Source of the DNA: a virus
Taxonomy: Duplodnaviria > Heunggongvirae > Uroviricota > Caudoviricetes
Strand: one strand, 5' to 3'
IMG/VR virus record: IMGVR_UViG_3300027963_000034
Coordinates: 186,552 to 250,551 of that record
Length of the DNA: 64,000 nucleotides
Within the stretch, counting starts at the first letter, position 1. Each line of letters begins with the position of its first letter. The translations under genes were made by a program, and so were the position numbers. Under the pieces are notes generated by a model. The model was not told where the DNA came from, did no database searches, and saw only the letters and a list, made by a program, of their open reading frames with translations. Positions 9,970-20,039 of this stretch are shown here, one piece after another.

Positions 9970-10050
9970 AATATAAATTTTTTTTGTTAATAATACCTTA
10001 TATAGTTCAAATACTATACCATATGTATTTTTTTGACAAAATGTCTTAAA

Positions 10051-10704
10051 TTATTTAGATTTTATGTAATTTTGTCTTTCTATGATTGTGCTCATATGGT
10101 CTGCCCAATGCATGATGTACTGAATGTTTGATTTTAAATATTTAGATGTATCATATACTTTGAAATATTTTTCGTTATCTTCATCATAAAGACCATCAGT
10201 AAGTTTAATACCGAAATATTCATTTTCACTTATTACAATACCATATAAAGATAAAGTATATAAAGTTCTATCGGTGATAGCCATAAATGAATTTTTATTA
10301 TTTCTTGTATAAACTTCTCCTTTATTTTTAATATGCCATTCACTATCATTAGGTGCATAATGCAGCTCATCTTTTGTGCCTAATTTACCTAAATCATGAT
10401 GAAGTGCTACAAATATTAATTCTTCTTCACTAAAATCACAAATCCCACCAGATTCTTCAAAAGTTTTTTTCATTTTTAAAGCATTCTTACATACGTTAAA
10501 AATATGGTCAATATAACCACCGGTATACGCATTGTGATAATTTAAGTTACCAGATGCAGGAGATACTATTAGATTTCCACCTAATTCTGTTTCCGAATAC
10601 ATATGGAGTAATTTATCCAATCTTTCACCTTTAAAATATTTTTTGATAATTGCGATAAATCTATCGTAATTTGCTTTTAATTCTTGTTCTGTCTTTTGTT
10701 TCAT
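10051..10704 (-). CDS. HD-domain phosphohydrolase
   Basis: LIFVALHHDLGK contains the H...HD metal-binding signature. 217 aa. Confidence 0.55.
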   Translation of the reverse strand: MKQKTEQELKANYDRFIAIIKKYFKGERLDKLLHMYSETELGGNLIVSPASGNLNYHNAYTGGYIDHIFNVCKNALKMKKTFEESGGICDFSEEELIFVALHHDLGKLGTKDELHYAPNDSEWHIKNKGEVYTRNNKNSFMAITDRTLYTLSLYGIVISENEYFGIKLTDGLYDEDNEKYFKVYDTSKYLKSNIQYIMHWADHMSTIIERQNYIKSK

Positions 10705-10733
10705 AATTTAGAGTTTAATTGTTTATAATACCC

Positions 10734-10765
10734 TAATATACGACAAATAATCGATATTACCAAAT
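10734..10765 (-). promoter_or_regulatory. conserved phage promoter motif (sigma-A-like)
   Basis: taatatacgac-N11-attaccaaat, immediately upstream of the HD-domain gene. Confidence 0.5.
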
Positions 10766-11422
10766 TTATATTAAGCTATTTCTTTTTTTAATCATTTCAA
10801 ATCCAACATTACCAGCAATAACTATTCTATCTTTAGTAGATTTTTTAGCTGATGCGGGTACGTGAGGAACTCTTCCTTCCATTATAATTATATCATTTTC
10901 TTTTGGGAGAATATTATAAATAATTCCATCTTTACCCTCTATGTATAACACACCATCGTTACCTTCTAAATTATCCGGCATTTGAACATAGTGAACATAT
11001 GTGTAATCACACTTGAAAAGATTACTATTACTATTGAGTTCGGCGTGATTGTGCATTATTATTTCTGTTTCTGTTTCTGTTAAAAAGTTAACCTGCTTTG
11101 GATTCTTTGCTCTTACTATATTTATCCAACCCATTGTGTTTATTTTATTATATGGTAATTTTATATTTTCATTAAATAATGTAGTACATGCTTTTATGCC
11201 TTCTTTAACTATTTCATATATTTTTTTAGTTGATTCAATATCACCAATAAAATTTAAATGTTCGTTCCATTCTCTATAAAATATAAAAGCATCATATGGT
11301 CTTGAATCTTCCATATGTTTTATAATACTGAGGCATTCTTCTAACACATCATCTTTCATATGTGAAATATCAAAATTGGTTTTCCATATGTAAGTCTCAT
11401 CATCAAAGTATATCTTTTCCAT
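10766..11422 (-). CDS. putative 2OG-Fe(II) oxygenase superfamily protein
   Basis: MHNHAELNSNSNLFKCDYTYVHYV resembles the HxH...S-g-v-Y-Y block of phage-type 2OG-Fe(II) oxygenases. A later His (RVPHVP) and Arg (DRIVIAG) could complete the HxD/H...H...R triad. Confidence 0.35.
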   Translation of the reverse strand: MEKIYFDDETYIWKTNFDISHMKDDVLEECLSIIKHMEDSRPYDAFIFYREWNEHLNFIGDIESTKKIYEIVKEGIKACTTLFNENIKLPYNKINTMGWINIVRAKNPKQVNFLTETETEIIMHNHAELNSNSNLFKCDYTYVHYVQMPDNLEGNDGVLYIEGKDGIIYNILPKENDIIIMEGRVPHVPASAKKSTKDRIVIAGNVGFEMIKKRNSLI

Positions 11423-11428
11423 ATTATA

Positions 11429-11887
11429 TTAATGTTTTTTTATTTTTTTATATCCAATACTTTCGACTAAATCAAATACTATATCATTCCAATCTTCAAT
11501 TTCTACTTCAATAGTTTTATAATTTTTTAACATAATACCACTTACTTTATTATAAAACCATTTTGGTGCAGATTTTGGTCTATCTATTTTTTTAGTAACA
11601 TACAAATTGTATCCAAAGCAAGTATCTTTATCTAATTCTTTAAACCACACATATCCGATTACTCTATTGTTGATGTACAATAAAAACAAATTATCGCCAG
11701 TTTGTATTCTATTTATAGCATCATCAATTGTAAACATTTCATTCCACTTATATTCTTTATGAAAATAATTTATTAAAAGTTGTAATGAATCTTTATATGT
11801 TTCCGACCACGTTTTATTATAAATGTGTACAATGTGTAAATCAGCTTCTTCGATGTAATCTTCTTTATTTAATTGATAATATTTCAT
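11429..11887 (-). CDS. hypothetical protein
   Basis: 152-aa ORF with stop/start overlap to its neighbours. No motif recognised. Confidence 0.4.
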   Translation of the reverse strand: MKYYQLNKEDYIEEADLHIVHIYNKTWSETYKDSLQLLINYFHKEYKWNEMFTIDDAINRIQTGDNLFLLYINNRVIGYVWFKELDKDTCFGYNLYVTKKIDRPKSAPKWFYNKVSGIMLKNYKTIEVEIEDWNDIVFDLVESIGYKKIKKH

Positions 11888-12464
11888 TTAGATAATAGTT
11901 TTCCTTTTCAATTATTTTATTTAATTCATCCAAATCCGTTTCGGATAACATATTAAAGACCTCTTCTTTTGTTAGTACATCATTGTATTCTTTGGAAAAA
12001 TCAAAATCGGTTGGGTCATAACTCATATTTTCATCATCAAAAATATTTTTTAAATTATCTAATTTTGTAAAAATAAAATTTGATTTGTTATAATACATTT
12101 TTTCCCAAAGTTTTGGAATAAAATGGCCGCCATAAATTGTTAATTTTTTAAATAATTTGTTTATGTTTTTATATTTGTCAAAGTCTTTCGTATTTTTTTT
12201 TAATTTTAAATTACCAACATCCGAATTTGGGATTGCAGTATGGTTGAACCAAAGATATTCTGTATATAAACCGGATTTAAAATGTTGCAAAACATCTCTA
12301 TAAATAAAAAATGTTTTTTCTTTTAATGTTTTATTAAACAATTCTTCGTATTTGATTTCTTCAATATTGTTTGGATTTGTATTTTTTTCTAACCAACGTG
12401 TTCCACATTTTAAAGGTGCAATTACATCAAACTTATCCGTGTAAGAAAATTTTTTTACTATCAT
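11865..12464 (-). CDS. hypothetical protein, possible sulfotransferase-like
   Basis: N-terminal VIAPLKCGTRWL resembles the sulfotransferase 5'-PSB loop (PKxGTTW). Confidence 0.3.
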   Translation of the reverse strand: MIVKKFSYTDKFDVIAPLKCGTRWLEKNTNPNNIEEIKYEELFNKTLKEKTFFIYRDVLQHFKSGLYTEYLWFNHTAIPNSDVGNLKLKKNTKDFDKYKNINKLFKKLTIYGGHFIPKLWEKMYYNKSNFIFTKLDNLKNIFDDENMSYDPTDFDFSKEYNDVLTKEEVFNMLSETDLDELNKIIEKENYYLNEILSIK

Positions 12465-13069
12465 AAAATTTTAATTAATTTTTGGTATATCCATTGGTAA
12501 AATTGAAGATGTCCTTTAAATGACAAATGTGCGTCGTCTATTTTACCATTTGTTGCGTCTCGTATTCTATCGTAAAATAAAATGTCCTCTTCAACTGACC
12601 ACAATAAAGTTTTTATGTTTTTTTCGTTTAATACACTTATTAAAAAATTAATTCTATTGTTTTGTCTATTTTTATATTTTTTATTTTTTGCAAAATGATA
12701 TGAAAAATTCAATATAGTTTGATATTGTTCTTCATTATATTTCTCTTTATGATATATTACATCATGTGCCGAAATCCATTTATTTTCATTATTTAAAGAT
12801 GGTATATCATATCTGTAACTGAAAGTTTTTCCTATAATTACTATATCATCCGATTTAATTTTGTTAAAGTTATCAATTATTAAATCAATTATAATATCAT
12901 TACTACAACCATTTACACCATTATTTATTACGTTCATATTTAATAAATTACCTAAATGATTACACCATAAATCATCTTTATCTTTTTTATATTTTTGATA
13001 ATATTCATATTCTGGTGTGCAACCATGTCCATAGGTAAAAGAATCACCGAAACACCAAATGTTATTCAT
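12461..13069 (-). CDS. SGNH/GDSL-family hydrolase, paralog 2 of 5
   Basis: N-terminal IWCFGDSFTYGHG. Confidence 0.55.
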   Translation of the reverse strand: MNNIWCFGDSFTYGHGCTPEYEYYQKYKKDKDDLWCNHLGNLLNMNVINNGVNGCSNDIIIDLIIDNFNKIKSDDIVIIGKTFSYRYDIPSLNNENKWISAHDVIYHKEKYNEEQYQTILNFSYHFAKNKKYKNRQNNRINFLISVLNEKNIKTLLWSVEEDILFYDRIRDATNGKIDDAHLSFKGHLQFYQWIYQKLIKIL

Positions 13070-13715
13070 TATTAATTCGTTTTATATATTCAATAGATAG
13101 TTCCTTTTGAATATTATAAGTATAATGTATATCTTCTTCGTTTTTCCATTCTTTATATTTTAACCATTGATAATAATTTGGTTTAAAATCCAATTCGTTT
13201 GGTAAATGAAAATTATATTGTGTTTTATTGAAAACTTTATTACCATAATATAGATTATCTTTTTTAATAAAAACATGATAAACTTTTACACCTTTTTTTT
13301 TCAAATTATTTAATACTTTGGATATGGATGTAAATAGTTTTATATTGTAATCGTAATTATATTTTATAAAATAATCAAGTATAGCTGCACTATTGGTTCT
13401 TAATAAATTTAAACCTTCTACTGTTATTATATTTTGATTATCATCTAATAGGGTATTTGTAGACTTTAAATCACCCATCTCATTTACCATCAACCCTCTA
13501 GCCAAAAAACTAAAATTTATTAAAACAATATCGTCGGGATTTATATTATCATAACAATCTAAAATTTTATGAAATATTTGTTCATTGGATATTCCCGTTT
13601 CACCTAGGTTTATATAATGCATATTAAAATGTTCGGCAATATACTCACCGAAATTTTTTGATTTTTTAACTACTGCAAATGAATCACCAAAATGATATAA
13701 TTTATTATTTTTCAT
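13062..13715 (-). CDS. SGNH/GDSL-family hydrolase, paralog 3 of 5
   Basis: N-terminal KLYHFGDSFAVV. Confidence 0.5.
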   Translation of the reverse strand: MKNNKLYHFGDSFAVVKKSKNFGEYIAEHFNMHYINLGETGISNEQIFHKILDCYDNINPDDIVLINFSFLARGLMVNEMGDLKSTNTLLDDNQNIITVEGLNLLRTNSAAILDYFIKYNYDYNIKLFTSISKVLNNLKKKGVKVYHVFIKKDNLYYGNKVFNKTQYNFHLPNELDFKPNYYQWLKYKEWKNEEDIHYTYNIQKELSIEYIKRINNE

Positions 13716-14415
13716 TCAACCACTTATAATCGATGTGTTCATTTACAAAATTAATAATCTCTTCCGATTTAGTAATTTTTAAAGATATGTCATTGCTTTT
13801 GTTCATTTTAATCAAATTAAAATTCGGCTTCATTTTTTTAATGATGTTTGTAAATTCATTTAATTCGGACATGTTTATTATTATATCACATTTATTTAAT
13901 CCCCAAAAATATTGTGACCTAAAATTATTTAAATGCATTTTATTAAAATTTAAATAATCATTTGTAATATTTCTTTTTATGATATTGTAGATATCTTTAT
14001 CATATTGTTTTAATTCCATATCATTATTTGGTTCTTTTGTGGTATCTAATTCAAAAAATATTTTCGAAAAAATTTCTATTATCTCAACCTCATTCAGTTT
14101 TTCAAAATTGTATTTTAATTCTACACGATTTTCTTTACACATTAAAACCATATATTTTAATGCGGATATAAATCTATCTTCCGATGGTCGATAAATTCCT
14201 ATTGTTTTTTTATCTGGAAATATATTTTTATAATAATCATATGTGTTATGATAGTGAGCAAATGGCCTATTACTATCGATTTGGTCATACATAATTTTGT
14301 TCAATGTAGTATCACCAAAATCAACCTTAAATCTCCAATGTAACATAGAATATATAATACTGGTTGATGCGTTCTTTGGTATAGGTAAATAAACAAATTG
14401 ATTTTCTATTAACAT
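13705..14415 (-). CDS. hypothetical protein, possible carbohydrate-sulfotransferase-like
   Basis: FVYLPIPKNASTSI fits the Sulfotransfer_2-type 5'-PSB motif ((I/V)PK-x-(G/A)-(S/T)-(T/S)). Confidence 0.35.
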   Translation of the reverse strand: MLIENQFVYLPIPKNASTSIIYSMLHWRFKVDFGDTTLNKIMYDQIDSNRPFAHYHNTYDYYKNIFPDKKTIGIYRPSEDRFISALKYMVLMCKENRVELKYNFEKLNEVEIIEIFSKIFFELDTTKEPNNDMELKQYDKDIYNIIKRNITNDYLNFNKMHLNNFRSQYFWGLNKCDIIINMSELNEFTNIIKKMKPNFNLIKMNKSNDISLKITKSEEIINFVNEHIDYKWLNEK

Positions 14416-15713
14416 TATATTATTTTTTTTATATTTCTTACTTGATTTGAGATTTTTAGGTTTTTATATAACAATAAATCTAAAAAAGAATTTTTTGTAG
14501 TTACTTCATTCATTAGTTTTTCATTACATAGTGTAACCCAATCTTTACACACTTTATAATTTTTTTCATAATCTTGCATAAATTTATCAACGAATTCTAT
14601 AAACAAATTTGGATTATTTTTATATTCCAAAGCTTCATTATAAAATGGATGGGCCGGAACATTTAAAATTGTCTCAATCATTTTCAATGGATATGGGTGT
14701 ATAGATATAAATGGAACATTGGCCAGTATTAATCCATACGACTTTTCGGAAAGATATCCCGATGATAAATTATTTGTCCAATCCCAAGTTTCTGACATAA
14801 TATGCATCTTTGACATTGGTAATATTCTCATTAAATAATCTAAATAATGTTCAATATTTTCTATCCAACTTATATCTTCAAAGTCATCACCTTCGGTTAT
14901 ATTAAAATTTATCCTCGCATCAGCTTTTAAAGCATCACCATATCTTTTAAACTCAGTATTTTTACAATTATCTACTCTAGATAAATAAATTTTAGGATGA
15001 TTAAATTCTGACAATTTTAACATATAGTCCTTTCTATGTCGTTTGTGATATCTGATAGAAAAACACAAATCATATGGTTGATTTAATTTTTCAAAAACAT
15101 TTTTAAATTCATAATACCATCTAATAGAAAGTAATTCATTCCATTGATGTATGGTATTGGTTAATGCAAAATTACTATTTGGATAATGTAATTTTATATC
15201 ATTATCTATAAAAATATTATCATCTATAATAAAATGATTTTTTAATCTTTCTATTTGAGTTTCTAAATCTAAAATACTATGATAGGGTATACCATCGTAT
15301 TTTATATAAGACTTTTCGGTTCTTAATAAAAATACAAACCAGTTAGATTTACTCGATATAGCATCTGCAATCCATTTCATTATGGGAATATCATTAACAC
15401 CAAATTCTGCACCTTGTGCACCTCTGTGTGCTGACACTCCTGTTATTTTATTAATACATTTTATACTTGAGAATTTTTCATCTCTATTGTATTGATATAG
15501 AATAGACATAAAGTCTATAATATGATAACCATCATCGTTATCATTTAATATTGGGTCAAATATTACTTCAATATCTTTATTATTATATTTACAAAAAATA
15601 CTACCTACGGAGTTATTTAATCTATATGTCCGATTGGTTGTATTGTGTAAGATTTTATAAAATAACGATTTGGTGTAATAGTGATGAATGTATATTTTAT
15701 TTTTATCAATCAC
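14415..15713 (-). CDS. hypothetical protein
   Basis: 432-aa ORF translationally coupled to flanking genes. No motif recognised. Confidence 0.45.
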   Translation of the reverse strand: MIDKNKIYIHHYYTKSLFYKILHNTTNRTYRLNNSVGSIFCKYNNKDIEVIFDPILNDNDDGYHIIDFMSILYQYNRDEKFSSIKCINKITGVSAHRGAQGAEFGVNDIPIMKWIADAISSKSNWFVFLLRTEKSYIKYDGIPYHSILDLETQIERLKNHFIIDDNIFIDNDIKLHYPNSNFALTNTIHQWNELLSIRWYYEFKNVFEKLNQPYDLCFSIRYHKRHRKDYMLKLSEFNHPKIYLSRVDNCKNTEFKRYGDALKADARINFNITEGDDFEDISWIENIEHYLDYLMRILPMSKMHIMSETWDWTNNLSSGYLSEKSYGLILANVPFISIHPYPLKMIETILNVPAHPFYNEALEYKNNPNLFIEFVDKFMQDYEKNYKVCKDWVTLCNEKLMNEVTTKNSFLDLLLYKNLKISNQVRNIKKII

Positions 15714-16039
15714 TATAATATGGATTTATTTTGCTTTTGTGTAGGTGGCCACAAAATATCGTCTATATCTTTCCAATTCTTTAATGGACATTCGTTGTAA
15801 ATTTTAGAAAATATCTTTTTATTTAATGGGCATCCACAATCATTACAAAATGGTTCACCTGTTACTGGTCTTTTTTCTCTAAATTCAGGGCATTGTACAC
15901 ATACATTCCACCTACCCTCTGCTAATTCTTTTTGTTTGTCGGTTGGATTAACGGAGGTTACCCATGCGTCTGCAATTGTAATAATTTTGGATGGGTCTTT
16001 TACCAATCCACTTATTATTTTCTTTAATCCGAAATTCAT
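15713..16039 (-). CDS. Cys-rich hypothetical protein (putative zinc-binding)
   Basis: CVQCPEF...CNDCGCP...NECP cysteine clusters in 108 aa. Confidence 0.4.
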   Translation of the reverse strand: MNFGLKKIISGLVKDPSKIITIADAWVTSVNPTDKQKELAEGRWNVCVQCPEFREKRPVTGEPFCNDCGCPLNKKIFSKIYNECPLKNWKDIDDILWPPTQKQNKSIL

Positions 16040-16210
16040 AACCTATTATTTAAATTTTAAGTATGTTTTAATTTCACTAAATTAAGAAAATTTTCTACTA
16101 CCACTTTTATATTAACCTTATCGGTTGTATTATTTATTTTTTTAATTTTAGATACAAATGCGTCTTTATCACTATACTTTGTATTTTTGTTATTTGTTGT
16201 ACTCATAATA

Positions 16211-18136
16211 TTAATTTAATTTTATTAATTCTACCGAAATTGTTTCATAATTTACTGAGAAATATCCATCTTCTTCTAAATTTAATGCTTCTTCAAACTT
16301 TGTTCCTATTAAATCTTGTGCAATTACACCTCTCCATTTTCCTTCTAAATCTGGATTATTTTTTATTGCATCATCTATAAATTCAAATTCATAAATCTTT
16401 ATACCATTTTCTTGTTCGTATAAGAAATTAATATTTTTCTTTAATCTTTTATCTGACTTTTGTCCATTACAATAAGCACCATCGGCCTGTGTCGCACCAG
16501 CATAATTACAACCATAAACACCATAATAATAACAATAAAAATTTCCAATGTAACCACAATCGTCATAAACACCATTGCATCTCATACAAACTGGTGTATA
16601 ATAACCACATGTAGATGAACCTGGGTCGGAGCCTGCTGAACATAGAGTTCCGTTGCTAACCTCTCCATAACAACCATATCCTGTTACGAATTTACAATCA
16701 TAATCATAATTATGTGTAAGAATTCCATATATTGATTGATTTTCAGTTTCTTCCATTGAGAAAAATAAATCAGATTCTTCTACGTTAATTCTATATGATT
16801 GTAGTTTTTCAAATGAATATAATATATTTTGAACATTTTTAGTTTCAATTAAATTGGTTTCATTATTTAACACTATTATAGTATCTCCAATTGATAGGCC
16901 ATCATACGGAACGATTACTATATTTGTTTCAATAGTATCTTCAATTGCTACATTTATTACTTTAAATATCCTGCCATGTGGTACATCTGAAAAGGTAGAC
17001 CCGTTATCCAACTCTAAATTAATTATTGGGCCGAAGTAGTCAAATGTGGTTTTTTCTACGACTACCGATGATGTTATATTATAATTTTGTGAAAAATTAT
17101 TATAACTACCAGACCAATTATCAGATATTGCAAATGATATTGGGTCAGCAAAATTTATTGATTTAACCTCATCGTTTATAGATAAATTATCTGCGGTAAT
17201 AATCGAATTGTCTTTTAAAACTACTTTTGTAGTAGAATCGGCGTCCAATCTAACAGATACATCAGTTGTTCCATTAGAAACTTTACTAACATATCTAAGT
17301 CTATCCCAAACTTGAACCACCTTATTATCATCAAAATCACAAGAATTTACAATAGGTGCCATATTTGTTTTATTATAAACATATAAGTTTAACGAATCCA
17401 ATTGGCCATACACTAAATCTACACTTCTATAATGAAATGTTTTATTATCAATTAATTCTTGTGTATTATAAATATACTCTTGTATATATTCATCTATTTC
17501 TAAATTTGATTTTAGATTTTCTAATTCTAAAATTGTTTCTATTTTATATAATTTTGGATATACCTTATTGTCAGATGGTGTTATTCTTTTTTTAATACAA
17601 TAATTTGGATGGTTACCATTATCTCTCAAATCTTCCCCGATGTTATCAATTCCTAATTCAATGTCGTCTATATAACATTTTGGAATTGAATTTGGATTGT
17701 TATCATACATTATTTTTAAAAATTCCCAATTATCTTTAGCATATGTATCATCTAACAATGCGGTAGTGTCATATGATATTCTTATAATTAGTTTATTATC
17801 AGAATCATCTATTTGTGGAATAGTTATTGAATTATTTTCTACTGTATGTAAGTGGAATTGTATATCATTTGGTATACAAATTGATTGTGATAAAAATGTG
17901 TGAAATTGACTCGATTGTCCTTCAATTTTAAAATCGTCAAAGACATCTAAATTGGGTTGGGTACTAATTAAATGTATTTCTTGTATATTATTATCTAATA
18001 CAAAATTTGTAAGTGAACCAGAATCAATGTGATTTAGAACATTTACATCTATTGATATATTTGTATTAGTTTCAATTGCTTTAAAAGAACCATCGGTATC
18101 TTTTATAAAGTCTGTACCTATTAGGACTGCTCTCAT
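16211..18136 (-). CDS. tail fibre/tail spike with C-terminal intramolecular chaperone (peptidase S74) domain
   Basis: C-terminus SDKRLKKNINFLYEQENGIKIYEFEF...GVIAQDL matches the S74 auto-cleaving chaperone signature (S-D-x-R-L-K-x-N-I ... G-f-I-A-Q-E). Preceded by an unusual Cys/Tyr/Gly-rich module. Confidence 0.8.
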   Translation of the reverse strand: MRAVLIGTDFIKDTDGSFKAIETNTNISIDVNVLNHIDSGSLTNFVLDNNIQEIHLISTQPNLDVFDDFKIEGQSSQFHTFLSQSICIPNDIQFHLHTVENNSITIPQIDDSDNKLIIRISYDTTALLDDTYAKDNWEFLKIMYDNNPNSIPKCYIDDIELGIDNIGEDLRDNGNHPNYCIKKRITPSDNKVYPKLYKIETILELENLKSNLEIDEYIQEYIYNTQELIDNKTFHYRSVDLVYGQLDSLNLYVYNKTNMAPIVNSCDFDDNKVVQVWDRLRYVSKVSNGTTDVSVRLDADSTTKVVLKDNSIITADNLSINDEVKSINFADPISFAISDNWSGSYNNFSQNYNITSSVVVEKTTFDYFGPIINLELDNGSTFSDVPHGRIFKVINVAIEDTIETNIVIVPYDGLSIGDTIIVLNNETNLIETKNVQNILYSFEKLQSYRINVEESDLFFSMEETENQSIYGILTHNYDYDCKFVTGYGCYGEVSNGTLCSAGSDPGSSTCGYYTPVCMRCNGVYDDCGYIGNFYCYYYGVYGCNYAGATQADGAYCNGQKSDKRLKKNINFLYEQENGIKIYEFEFIDDAIKNNPDLEGKWRGVIAQDLIGTKFEEALNLEEDGYFSVNYETISVELIKLN

Positions 18137-18190
18137 ATTGTTTTTGTTATTTATATTCCTCTATAAATATAATTATAATCTATTTTAATT

Positions 18191-18222
18191 AAATATACAA
18201 CAAAATTTTATAATTACCAAAA
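18191..18222 (-). promoter_or_regulatory. conserved phage promoter motif (sigma-A-like), upstream of the tail-fibre gene
   Basis: aaatatacaac-N11-aattaccaaa. Confidence 0.45.
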
Positions 18223-18226
18223 GTGT

Positions 18227-18241
18227 GCGGGGGTTGGGGGG
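18227..18241. repeat. G-rich motif GCGGGGGTTGGGGGG (copy 1 of 2)
   Basis: Exact core recurs inverted at 26654-26667. Very atypical for a 30%-GC genome. Confidence 0.5.
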
Positions 18242-18279
18242 AACCGGGTCGATTTTTTAAAAAAATTTTTAGGTTACAC

Positions 18280-18993
18280 CTATTGATAGTTATTTACTAT
18301 TTCTTTGAATTGTGGTAATAATCTTTCATATATCACCGAATGACCAGTAACCTTTATATGTGAATCACCTATTTCATCGGCATCTTTTATAACATCATTC
18401 ATAATTTGTTCAAAGTTATCCCACCCATTCCATCCCAAAGGAATCCAATTAGAATAATATCCCACCCATTTTTCAATTGGTATATGAATTGGTATACATC
18501 CCATAGAATTCAATAACACTCCCAATTTTTGAAAGTAAGCGGATGTTAGAGGATTGATTGTTTTATTATGGTAATCGGATATGACATCCAAATCCTCCCA
18601 TATACCACATCCTTTCATTGTTTCTTCCCATAGAGACGAATACCAAAATAAATTATGATTATAGTTTGTAGTATTTCCAGATGGAGGGAAGCTTGGATTA
18701 TTATGATAGTTGAAGCGAGAATTATAAGAAGTTTGTAAAAATACAATATCACCACTTTGAATCTTTGGTAGTGTATCCAGTAAATTAAATAGTATTCTTT
18801 CGTTAGATAATCCTACCTCGGCAAGATTGATATATTCAAATCCCAAATCGTCCGCAATCCGTTTACCCCAAGAATCGGTTAAATTGGTATAAGTCCAACT
18901 ATCACCAAATAGCCACATTTTCTTCATTATCTCCTCAATTTTCGAATCAAATACCAAAAAGGGAACCTTATACCCCAATAGATAAATAAACAA
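18280..18993 (-). CDS. SGNH/GDSL-family hydrolase, paralog 4 of 5
   Basis: MKKMWLFGDSWTY. The GDS block sits 23 residues into the ORF, so the true start is probably the internal Met near 18927. Confidence 0.55.
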   Translation of the reverse strand: MFIYLLGYKVPFLVFDSKIEEIMKKMWLFGDSWTYTNLTDSWGKRIADDLGFEYINLAEVGLSNERILFNLLDTLPKIQSGDIVFLQTSYNSRFNYHNNPSFPPSGNTTNYNHNLFWYSSLWEETMKGCGIWEDLDVISDYHNKTINPLTSAYFQKLGVLLNSMGCIPIHIPIEKWVGYYSNWIPLGWNGWDNFEQIMNDVIKDADEIGDSHIKVTGHSVIYERLLPQFKEIVNNYQ

Positions 18994-19073
18994 ACGCTGC
19001 CCACCAGGAACACAGGTAACATCATTATAAGGGCGAATATATCACCAATAGTATTAAAAATCTTCAACATAGA

Positions 19074-20039
19074 TTATCTTTGTGGAGTTGGACGGTTACG
19101 GAAAAGACCTCCACCACCGGTAAACCCAGGACGAGTAGGGGTCGTATTAGTTGTAGTATCGGTAGTAGGAGTAACAGCAGCGATTGCGGCTTCCGTTTGA
19201 GCTTGAACCGCGGGTGTTTTCACTTCGACAATTTCACTCGTTTTAAATACGACGGGTGCAGTATCGGAAAGTTTGATAGAGGTTTCAGGAGCAAGAGAAC
19301 CAACGGCGGAAGATTGATAATCGGAATAGTATAACATATCTTTACCTTTCTCTCCGTTATAGAATATGTTTTTGATATTATTGAAATCCGTTCTTAATCC
19401 TTTGATTCTTTTATTTATCTCCATTAGGTTATTAGCCAGTTTTTCTTTATCAATCGATGCTCCTTCCGTTGTTGGAGCTTCTATTTTAAGTTGATTGATA
19501 GAGTAGTCGGCGGAAAGATTTAGGTCCCATAGTTGCCATTCATCTGCCGGTCTTTTGGTTACATTAGTTAAACAATAATTTAATTGGTCTATTAGTTTAG
19601 GAGTTAATACCGAATCTCCTTCAAATACCCATGTTACATCCTTTACTCCCGCATAAGGTATAAGTTCTGTTTCTATATCCGCTAATTCCATTATAGTTTC
19701 CATATCTAATTCTATAATAGGGATAGTTCCTCCTATGTTTACTGAACCTGATGTGGATGGAGTTGGAACGGCATGTCGAACATCGTACCACCAGTGTGGG
19801 TTTTCCTCCGAATTATCTTTTAAATCTTGTAGTGTGAGAGGTGAGCAAAGATATTTTTCTTGTATCTTTACAATAACTAATACCTCATTGTTTAATATGG
19901 GTAGAAAATCTATTTTCTTTTCGTTAGCAGAGAATATATAAGGTTCGGTTATGTATGAACCCGTACTTGCGTTTATAACCCAATTACCATCTTTTTTAGA
20001 ATACCTTTCTGGGTGATTTGAAAACTTTACCGATGCCAT
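19074..20039 (-). CDS. hypothetical protein, possibly virion-associated
   Basis: 321 aa. C-terminal low-complexity Thr/Pro/Gly tail (TPTTDTTTNTTPTRPGFTGGGG). The 3' end is markedly GC-richer than the surroundings. Confidence 0.45.
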   Translation of the reverse strand: MASVKFSNHPERYSKKDGNWVINASTGSYITEPYIFSANEKKIDFLPILNNEVLVIVKIQEKYLCSPLTLQDLKDNSEENPHWWYDVRHAVPTPSTSGSVNIGGTIPIIELDMETIMELADIETELIPYAGVKDVTWVFEGDSVLTPKLIDQLNYCLTNVTKRPADEWQLWDLNLSADYSINQLKIEAPTTEGASIDKEKLANNLMEINKRIKGLRTDFNNIKNIFYNGEKGKDMLYYSDYQSSAVGSLAPETSIKLSDTAPVVFKTSEIVEVKTPAVQAQTEAAIAAVTPTTDTTTNTTPTRPGFTGGGGLFRNRPTPQR

